From: Macrostomum lignano
Taxonomy: Eukaryota
Direction of reading: 5' to 3'
Assembly (NCBI GenBank): GCA_002269645.1
Contig: NIVC01001943.1
Location: 1 to 57,297 of the forward strand
Length of the DNA stretch: 57,297 nt
How positions within the stretch are numbered: position 1 is the stretch's first letter; every line of letters starts with the position of its first letter. The notes below the pieces were generated by a model. It saw nothing but the letters and a program-made list of their open reading frames with translations. It ran no database searches and was not told where the DNA came from. Below, piece by piece: positions 10,654 to 20,802 of this stretch. Position numbers and translations under genes: made by a program.

Positions 10654-13600
10654 ATGGCTAGTCCTAATTCTGAGCCTGAGCTTCAGGCTGAGCCCAAGCC
10701 CAAGGGGACTGAGGCAAGGCAGGAGACCAGGGTCACTAACAGTCTCATGCTTGCCACCCTGGAAACCGCCATGGACGCAAAGTTGCCCACCACTGAGATC
10801 TGGGACTCCTTGGCAGAGTGTATAGATTTGCCAAGTGAGACAAGCTCGGACGGCCTCAGGCTTCTCTGTGGTGCTGAAGCTGAAGGCGAAGTCGCGGGAC
10901 CTGCAGCGGTCAAGGGTGCGCGAGGAGGCTGCTGGCAAGAAGAGTGCCTGGTCCAGCTTCATGGAGGCTGCTTTCGTCTGTCCTGTTGCAGTGATGGCGA
11001 CTGCAACCCAGGCGCTGCCCATTCCTCGCACACCAGTTGGCCGAGCGTCCTCTTCTGCTGCTGCTGCTGCTGCCACGTCCCCTGGGGAGCAACGGGGCGT
11101 AGAGGCTGGGCTCTGAACGTCTGTGGCGGACCTGCGGGCCCAGCTGGCAAGCTCAGAGCAGACTGTGTGGAAGCTGCGTGCCAAGGTCTCTCGGCGCCCA
11201 CTGCGGAAGGTCTGGGTGCAGTGGGTCCGGCGTCTTCAGGACCGACTGCAAGCAGCTCGGCAGCATGCGCGGATCAAGACCCAGGTGCTGCTGGCCATGC
11301 GTGATGCCAAGCAGTCTCAGAAGCGTCGCCAGGTTGCCCGGGCAGAAGCTGCTGCGGCGCAGCGCATCCGCGACCTTCAGGCCGAACTGCGCCAGATGCA
11401 CGATATGTTGTCTGCCGCAAACAGTCGCGTAAGAGGCATTGAATATAAATAATGTGTAGCTATTGAGACAGACAGACAGAGACAGACAGACAGACAGACA
11501 GAGAAACAGACAGACACAGACAAAAGAAATATTCTTTGTGTCATTCATTCAACTTCCACTTCGAATCCAACCCTTATTCCTAACACCTAACAGATCCAGT
11601 ATCTCCAGGACTACATCCGTGCCGGCCAGACGCATGTGCTCCAGACGCGCGAGCCGCGCCCTACCGGTGGACAACAGTACACCAACAGGGTCATCTCCAC
11701 GTGCATGGACCTGGTGCTCAAGTGCCACGTCCCTGTACGAGCCGTCCGCGACACCGTCAGGACTGTCGTGGAGGACCTCTGCGAGTGGCGGATCGTCGAC
11801 AAGCTGCCATCGGACTCGCTGATCAGCGCGGTCACGTACGGCGTGGGCAACAGTCTCGCCAAGGCGAAGGCCATGGAGAGCATCCTGCTCGCGGCCGGGA
11901 CTGACCAGCCGCTGACGCTGATGACCGACGCCACTAGCAAGAAGGGCAACCACTGGAATGTCCTGCAGGTTAGTTTTAATTGTAGTGAGAATGACACCCA
12001 CCCACCTACCCACTCACCCACCCACCCACCTACCCACTCACCCACCCACCCACTCAGGCCGACACTGGCGACGGCACGGTGGCACTGACGCTGCGACAGG
12101 TCGAGGGCGGCACTGCTCAGATGTACGCCCGCGAGATGGATACATCCATCGACCGTCTCGTCGACGCCTATTGCGACATCGTGAAGCCGGGGGAAGACGG
12201 CGCGGAGGCTAGGCGCGAGATGAAGCGCAACCTCTTCGTCCGCGTCAACTTCCTGATGACGGACCGGCACGTGGTCAATAAGTGCCTGCTGGTCCTGCTC
12301 AACGAGATGTGGGACACTATGATGTCCAACGACGGCCTGCCTCCTCCTGAGAAGGTGGTTGCAGTGTACTGTGCAATGCACCTTATCATCAACTTGGCTG
12401 CTGCGATGGAGAGCGGCCTGCGCGACTGGGAGGGCTGCGTTTTTTGGGCCGCGCCGCTAGGGGCTGCAGCTGTCCCCGGTTTCAAGACCGCCAAGGCGGA
12501 GTCCGGTAAGTTTTCAATGTCCGGGGGATCTCTGGGGCTTTGGGGGATAGAGACTTAACATGTGCCATTTCCGTCCATTCTTCCCTGTAAACAGGCACTC
12601 AGCGGCTGATCAGGACTGTCAGCAAAGCCTTCCATCGACTGGGGAACGAGCAGTGCGGCGTTGCCGTTCCGTTCGAGGTCTACTTGCAGTCGCGCGGGGC
12701 GAAGCCGTTCCAGATGGAGGACTTCCGGGGCAACCGGGCGTACGTAATCTTCCCCAACGGTGGCCACGTGTTCGCCCAGCGGAAGCTACTGACAGCCTTC
12801 CTGCAGGAGTACCCCTGCAGCAACCGACTGCTCGTTGCCGTGCAGAACGACCTGGCGTCCGACATCCTCCTCACCGGCTGTCGCGCGTTGGGCGTCATCG
12901 ACTTCCTGGTCGTCAGGTGAGGCTGGAACAAGGTTTGTCGTTGAAAGGGAGACAAAAAATGAAGAAAAGGAAAAAAAATAAAACAATTCCAAACCCTCCA
13001 ATTCTATCCACAGGCCCTTGTGGCTGCTTCTCCGGAGCCCGAGGTCGGCGGTGAGCCTCATGGACATGAACAGCCGCTACGAGCAGCTGTGTCAGTGGCT
13101 CCAGGACGTGGCCTCGTCGGACGCTGTCCAATTCTCAGCGGACTTCAGCGGCCATTTCCTGACCTCGCTGACGCCGTCCTGAAGCCGCAGGATGCACGGG
13201 ACACCTGGGCTGCCCTGACCTCCGACGCCTCGGACCTGGACAAAGACCTCCTTGGCCAGGCTCTGCAGGTTGCTTCCGCGCACATGCTGGTCCTCGCTCG
13301 CCGTGAGGTGATAGATCACCTGCCTGGTGGTGCGCTGCGCAGCCTGCCAGACGACCATGCCCGGATGGCCGCCGCTGCGCCGAAGGACAACGTCCCGTGC
13401 GAGGAGGCCTTCGCCGGGCTTGACAGTATTGTCAGGTCGAAGCCAAACATGCGCGACGTGGCCCGCGAGACTTACGTCCTGTTCAAGCAGAACGGCACTA
13501 GCGAATGGCTTCGCGAGAAGTCACAGCAGGAGCAGGATGCGATGATGACGCGCGCACGGCAGATGGCCAAGAAGGTCGAGGCGCAGGCCAAGGCGGATAC

Positions 13601-14732
13601 CCAGGCTATTCGACTGGCGCAGCAGCGCCTGCAGCAGAGCCGGATTGCGCAGGACCAGCTCAAGAAGGCCACTAAGGAGCGTGTCCTTCGCGATCTGATC
13701 AACTCCGTGCACGACTACGGTGGCCTGTGGCTCACGGTGGCTGACATGTGCCAGCACCTGCAGGACATGCCGGAGCAGCTGCAGGAGCAAGCAGTGACCG
13801 CCCAGTTGCGACTGCACAAAGCCATGAGTAAATGTTATTAATTTAATGCCACGATATGCACTCATGCCTTTCCTGTCATCAAAGAACTTAATATGTACTG
13901 CTTTACACCCTCCTCAAACACAGAGCCGACAGTCCCCAAGGACATGGCTGGCTGCCTCAACCTGACGGACTCCGGCGCCAGGAGGTCGGTCCAGCTTCTT
14001 GTCGACAACCTGCAGGCTTTCCTGGGCCACCTGGAGAAGCAGAACGATGCGCCTGTCGACGAGGTCACTGCGCAGGCTGTTTCGGTGCGGTCTGCTGACG
14101 ACCGTACTAGCCGTGTCCAGGCTGCCATTGCCAAGAAGCTGGAGCCAGCGCAACGAAAGGCCCCAGCTGCATCAGCACATCCAGGCGCCGCCAGACCTCG
14201 TGGACGGGGCCGGGGTTCTGGCCGAGGAGCTCAGCCTCCGGCTCAGGGCACCGACAGAGGCGGACGCGGGACCGGGCGCGGACGCGGGACCAGGCGCGGA
14301 CGCGGGACCGGGCGCGGACGTGGGACCGGGCGCGGACGCGGGACCGGGCGCGGACGCGGGAGTGCTGGCATCCGAGCCGGTGCAAAGCGGCCTCGTATCT
14401 CCAGCTCCGAGTCCGAGTCTGATTCTGACGCCTCCAGTCCTGAGGATGCCCCGGAGGATGCCCAAGCCGCACTGGTGCCGACACTCGAGAACCTGCCAGA
14501 CCTTGTGGGTCAGCGCATTGAAATGCGCTTCGGCTACGCTGATGGGTCGGAGTGCTGGTCGCAGGGCTACGTGCTGGGCCGTGTGCCAAGCTCGAGCCGT
14601 GATGTCCTCGCATGGGTCTTTGAGATGGTCTTCGACGAGACTGGCCCTGAGGATGTGTACCGGTACACACTGTGCAATGATTGGATGAACAATGACCTCC
14701 ACGTGCTAGACAGCGATGACGATGACGAGTAG
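10654..14732 (+). pseudogene. Spliced DDE transposase with C-terminal Spin/Ssty Tudor-like domain, about 1180 aa, three apparent lesions
   Basis: Exons 10654-11428, 11594-11968, 12058-12505, 12595-12916, 13014-13827 and 13924-14732, joined by five GT-AG introns with matching phases (0,0,1,2,1). Motifs: LMTDATSKKG (D at 11927), FLMTDRH (D at 12262), YCAMH (CxxH, 12370-12381), FRGNR, CRALG..D, PLW, and DNVPCEEAFAGLD (E at about 13401). Lesions: frame switch near 10830, in-frame TGA at 11114-11116, frame switch near 13134. Confidence 0.88.
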
Positions 14733-15938
14733 CTTAAGTCCTTCTTAAAGTACTTTGTGGCCCAGCACTGCATCGCATGGTAGAGGGAAGGGGGGCATAG
14801 GGGGAATGTATATAGTACATATATCATTGTATGTATCATGTATGTACAGTTTCTATGTTTCTGCATAAAGACTTGTACTTACTAATCAGTTGAGCAGTTT
14901 TCTTACTGAACAATTATTAGAAAGGAAGTTAGCGTCGTTGACCAGACGAATGCTAGGGGTCGCTTGCTGGGATAGCTTTGCTGGGGTCAGTATCCAGCAG
15001 CTTTCCAGCGGAAGCCTTCCTTTTGACCCCCATGTTCCATGTATGGAATTAGATGTACAGATTTGTATGAAGCCATTTGACCACATATATATATAGCTGT
15101 ATATATTGTATAGAGGGTACAGTGGGCCCTACTATACTGTTTTGCAAAAAAAGTGCATGCAGCAATTCCCCTTCATCTTTTCAACCCCTTGCTGTACATT
15201 TTCCTATCTCCGTAATGTATTTGCATGTATGCCTGCACCAATGTTGAGAATTTTCACCTAGTGCGGCAAGGGCTAGTGGAAATCGCTTTTAGGACAAAAT
15301 ATATGACCAATGTCCCTACCATTTGGTGAAAAAAATTTGCAGTCAACTCTTTCCATTTTTAAAAAAATTGCGATTTTCATGTTTCTAATGGGGATTTACA
15401 TGTATTTTGCCCATTTCTGGTAAGCACACTGCGGCAAGGGTTAGAAGCATCCTGTTTGGCATAACAGGTTCTTTTTGTCACCAGAAGTAAGTGGAAAAAA
15501 GAATTAGGGAGTCGACTCATTCCATTCAAAAGTTATGGCCATTTGAATTTTTCGATGTACATATATATGTACATGTACATTTTTTGGGAAAATTTTTTCA
15601 GCCAAAATGGTCTGCATAATGATCTCTCAATCCAATGTGCATGCATTTTTGATAGTTTTGCACTCATTCAATGAAAACTGGAGCTGCCTGACCCCATATT
15701 TTTCTCCAATTTCGGCACAGTTTTAAAAATGTACAAAAATGTACACCATGTTTCACAGTCTGCAACTTTCTTGTCGTATGTACTACACACACAAGCAATA
15801 TGTTGTTTGAAAGATCTACTTGTCTACTTTCCAACAAATGTAAGATCGTTGCAGTGTGTCACTTATTTCAAAAGTTATAGCCACAGAAAGAAGACCACTT
15901 TTTTGCCATTTTTCCCTTCTGCACAAGCCAAAAACAGG

Positions 15939-15954
15939 CTCACTGGACCCCCTA
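15939..15954 (-). repeat. Right terminal inverted repeat
   Basis: CTCACTGGACCCCCTA, followed by TSD CCCTGGC. Confidence 0.93.
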
Positions 15955-18197
15955 CCCTGGCTATCGGAGTAAAAGGAGAAGAAATTTGTTGAGATTCACC
16001 TAAACTTGATTTTTCCGGCTTTATTTGTACAAACTCAACGTCAGCAACTATTCAAACAAGGAACCCACCCCACCTCACTGGTGTCAGCAAATTTTCAAAA
16101 GCAACAGTTTCAAGAAAATTCTTTTCTACCCCTATCTCAATATCTAAAAGCTACAAAAATAGCATTTTTGCACTCTTAAAATAGGTAACTGGTCATTTTG
16201 CCCATAAACTATTTTAGCCATGGACATTTCACCTTAGACCATTTCGCCCACAAACCATTTTGGCCATGGACCGTTTTGCTTCCAATTTGGACCAGGGTTG
16301 AAATGAACAAAGTCATGAGCTAAGAGTATGCAAGATAAGACAAAAGTTCCAAGAGCACTGATAACCAACAATCCAATTCATTATAAGGTTCAATAGTAGC
16401 CACCCCCACTCTAGGGGCTAAAAAACCAACAATCCAAATATACTAAATATCTAAGGTTTATATATCCATAAAGCTAGGCCTAGTCCAAAATTTCTAGCCT
16501 AATTACCTTGCGGCTTGCCTTGTAACTTTTGAAAGGAACAACTCATAATAATTCATAACTGTAATAAACAAAATTGCAATAACATAATAACACAAATTAT
16601 AATAGGCTACAATAGCCAATACTAATAGGCCTAACAACAGGCAACTAATGCTTAAGCATTGCTTAATGCTTAATGCTTAAGGCGTTAAGCTTAAGCATTA
16701 TATCAATAATACAATAGGGCCTATGACATAGGGATTTTACATAGGCCTTGGATACATGTGAATTTATACACTATTAGGCTGAAGAAGAAGCATAAAGTAT
16801 GCCATTTCTACAGTGTATCTTCTAGCTGCATAATTGCCCAAGCCGCCGCCGCCAAAAGAAAGACTCTCTATTCAGATTACTTAGCGCTAAAGGCGCTTTT
16901 TATCTGATGGTTGACATGCCTGCACGACAGATGACACGTTTTTATCCTGATAAGATCGTATCAAATTCGGTAGGCCCTACCTTTTCTACGGATAAGATCG
17001 GTTGCAGTCAGGTGCACTCTGACATTCACACGCACACACGCAGCAGTCAGTAAATAAATAATCCGAGAGAAAATATTTAAAAAATCAACATGTTTAAACT
17101 AATAAAATGCTATAGCATAAAATATGTCAACAAAAAACCAGTTGCAAGAAAGTCGCTAAACGTTTTACTATATATTCTTTTAAATTTAGTCAAAAATTTA
17201 AAAGCATTTCTAGCACTTGCCGTCTTTTTAACTTCGTTTCCCATGATTCTTTTAAATGCATTGCCATATAAGATTATGTAAAATTATACTAAAAATAACG
17301 TCACTAGATGCTTACTCTCATTTTCAAAAAAATATAGTTACACCTTGCAATTTAGTTAGTTCTAATGTTTAAATTAATTGATTTGTCGCCTCTAAACCTT
17401 GCGAGGCCTAATATCAATCATGAATTAAATAATGAATTTCGAAATTTCAAAGGAATGTACTGTGCAAGTCAGAATATAGTGTTGCAACATGCTATACTTT
17501 TTGTTTATTCTAAAAAATTCAATTTATTCTAACTGCAGTATTTTGATTTTAAGCAGATGTGGATCCAGAAAAAATACTTTTATAGGCCAACCTTGAAGGC
17601 TTGAACTCTGTGCTAGGCCTATATAAGCCTATAACTGAATATGAAATAGGTAGTAAATTTCCAAAGCAACTAAAAAACATGGTTTATTTTTGGCATAGGG
17701 CGAGGCTATTCAATTACTAGCTTTGTGTTCCTCTTTTTCACTTTAAGATATGATATGCGATATGCTTAGCTTTACTTAGCATCCATTGAGCCTTATGACT
17801 TGAAAAATAAACAACAGAACCCAAAATTTTGCTTAATTTTAACTCAATGCTATTCTCACTTTGATTTAAACTATTTTTATTTAGCAGTTTTTTTAAATAT
17901 AGGCCTATTTTGGCCTTTTTGTCCTATCTTGGCTATGTCTACTTTTATTGCCTTTAAGTTTCTATTCTATCCTTTATTACAATTTTGCCTTGAAGTTTAG
18001 TAAAAAGATCATATTTGTGTTGTGCCAATAGAGGCCTTGGTAAAGTGAGCCAATTGCCTCTGCTCCTTATTTGGCTCTCTTAGATCTAGGGCCTAGGCAT
18101 AGAATTGATATTTTGTCTTATTGTATGAGAATAAGAATGAGAAAAAAATAATTGCCATATATACTATATATAATTAAATAATATATTGAGGCAAAGG

Positions 18198-19452
18198 GCC
18201 TTAATTAGTTTAATAGATGTAATGGCAGCAAAGATTTTGCACTGCTTTGGGCATATATTTATATTTACACAAACAGCACAATATTGAGGGGCCTAGGGAG
18301 GTGCAAAAAGGTGGCGTGGCATGATAGACTACACCAATCCCAACCTCCCCATGTTAGCAAGCCAGCTGGCTTAGTGCGCACCCACCCCACCTCAGCTAGA
18401 CATGTTGGGGGGTTTCCAGTGTGGCTGCATTGATGCTACCAGTCATGTATAGTCTGGCTACTACTACTACACAGCTCCCCCCAGCACTGAGCTAGGCGCC
18501 AAATGTCGGGTGATAGCCAAGGCAGCGAGAGTGTCAAGGAGCAGGCACTGAAGGCATCAAAGGTGCCAAAGAGCAAGCGCTGAAGTTAGCTGGGCACCAA
18601 AGGCAGCAGGGCGCTGACGGTGGTAGGGGCACACGGCGGGTGCCAAAAGCAACAGGGCGCCAGGCAGGTGCCAAAAGCAGCAGGGGTGCCAGGTGGGCGC
18701 CGAAAGCAGCAGGGGCACAGCCGGACCACACCCAAGGCAATTGACAGTCAGTTGCCGCTGTGAGCCGGGTCGAAACTCTTGCACAGAGGCTGGGGATGTT
18801 AGGCTAGCAGCAGCGGTGCTAACCTAGAATTAGCTGCAGTGTATGGCATTGGTTGGTCCAACATAGGGGCTAAAAGGCGAGACCCCAGGAGCTACTGGGG
18901 GCTGGGGGCAGGCTGACTGGGCCAATTGTAGCTACAGGGTACTACTATGTTGCTGGGTTGCTGTGCTGCTATGCTGCCGTGCTGCTGTGCTGCCATGCTG
19001 CTGTGCTGCCGTGCTGCTGTGCTACCGTGCTGCTGTGCTGCCATGCTGCTGTGCTGCCATGCTGCTGTGCTACTATGCTGCCATGATGCCATTGTAGTCA
19101 GCCAAGGTGGTTGGCTACCAGGACTGCACAGGGCCAACCAGGTAGGCCTAGCATTCTGCGCTGGGAGTCAGGCTCACCAATGAGGTGGAAAGCCTTAATT
19201 AGTTCAATAGATGTAATGGCAGCAAAGATTTTGCACTGATTTGTGCGTATATTTATATTTACACAAACAGCGCAATATTGAGAGGCCTAGGGAGGTGCAA
19301 AAAGGTGGCGTGGTATGATAGGCTACGTGCATCCCCCCCCCCAGCTTAGCAAGCCAGCTAGCTTGGTGCGCACCTACCCCACCTTAGCTAGACAGAGGTT
19401 GGAGGGTTTCCAATGTGGCTGCATTGGTGCTGCCAGTTGCGTACAGTCTGGC
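18198..19452. repeat. Pair of 261-bp diverged direct repeats flanking a GC-rich interior of about 730 bp
   Basis: 18198-18458 and 19192-19452 align end to end (GCCTTAATTAGTT...AGTCTGGC) with scattered substitutions. Confidence 0.85.
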
Positions 19453-19534
19453 CACCACAATATAATAATTAATTAACTATGCTATATTGAAGTAATTAAA
19501 TAGTTTAATAATATGTTAATAAATAAATTAACTA

Positions 19535-20107
19535 CAAGGATCATCCCAAAAGTTCTCTATATCACTGAATTACTTATACGAACTGGCACCAATTTTGAAG
19601 AAATTGCACACAAACTTGCACCAATATCTGCATACAACATTGATGAATTTTCATGAAAAAATCTCAATGCAATTAGAAATAACAAGCTGAGTTATCCAAT
19701 ACCTTTAGAACAAGTAGCCAGCTCTCATATTGACTTCTTAGACTGGCACAATGCAGCTCATGCAGCATCACTGACTGAAAAGTCAAGTGTCACAAGCAGA
19801 AGAATGAATGAACTTGATAAAAATTCCATCATCTATCCATGACTAACTGGCTGACTCGCATGACTGGTCAGTGATGCTACATAAGCTACACTGTGCCAGT
19901 TTAAGAAGTCAATATGAGAGCTGTCCACTTGCTCTGAAGGTGTTGGACAACGCAACTTGTTATTTCTAATTGCATTAAGATTTTTTTATGAAAATTCATC
20001 AATTTTGTGTTTAGATACTGGTTAAAGTTTATGTGCAATTTCTTCAAAATTGGTGCTAGTTTGTATAAGTAATTCAGTGATATAGAGAACTTTTGGGATG
20101 ACCCTCA
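19535..20107. mobile_element. Tc1/mariner-type MITE with TIRs of about 150 bp and TA TSD
   Basis: TA|CAAGGATCATCCCAAAAGTTCTCTATATCACTG... is matched by the inverted ...CAGTGATATAGAGAACTTTTGGGATGACCCTCA|TA. No ORF. Confidence 0.85.
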
Positions 20108-20802
20108 TATTAATTAAATTAATTATATTCCATATTGTAGCAAAGACCAATGGCTATTATTATAGATAGTATCTTTGGCATAGAAAAGTAGAGTGTCTTG
20201 CACAGTTTAGACCTAAGCTACAATTGGGACTTATATGACTATTAAACTAAAATATATATAATCAAACTAATATGCTTTGTTAGACTTATATAGGCTTTTT
20301 AGTATTTTTACAATTTTGATTTTAAATAGTAACAATCATCTATTGAATAATCTTTTAGTGATATAGAAAAAATTTTAGTAAATATATTTAATTTGGTATT
20401 TTATTGAAGTGAAATAGGATTTTTTAAACTCAAATATAGTTTGAACTTGTTAAAATGTATACAAGCCAAAAAAATAATAAGATAGCAAATAATCAGTCAA
20501 AATAGATAAGCCTTCACATTTAGAGATAGGAAGACAAAATCTCAATCCTAATAGATCCTAACAATTTTGATCCTAAGTTCTTGATATATGTTTATATATT
20601 CAATATAGATTTTAATACAATTGTTACAGTCTTATATTTGAATAATTAGTAGGGTAATCACATGTTTGATAGATTTGTTTTAAATAAAAATCAAACTAGA
20701 GCAACCTTCAAAGTCACATAAGAATCACACTATCAAGTGTAGGAAAAATTCACTAAATCACTAAATTAACCTTTTGCATGCTTCCAATTCAGTTTGGCAG
20801 GC

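Larger units (their letters stand above)
9920..15954 (+). mobile_element. Full-length cut-and-paste DNA transposon (hAT-like, possibly hATw), 6035 bp
   Basis: Perfect 16-bp TIRs TAGGGGGTCCAGTGAG (9920-9935) and CTCACTGGACCCCCTA (15939-15954), flanked by direct repeat CCCTGGC (9913-9919 and 15955-15961). An alternative parse gives a 15-bp TIR with 9-bp TSD ACCCTGGCT. The element encloses a spliced transposase gene. Confidence 0.93.

Noticed and set aside
10645-11304. 219-aa Cys-rich ORF as a separate gene
   Set aside because: Beyond about 10830 it is an off-frame reading of transposase exon 1. The coiled-coil frame is the one that splices to exon 2.
9920-15954. Kolobok, P-element or Harbinger assignment for the large transposon
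   Set aside because: No TTAA or 3-bp TSD, no THAP or Myb partner ORF, and the motif spacing fits hAT/MULE-like DDE proteins better. The exact family still needs a search.
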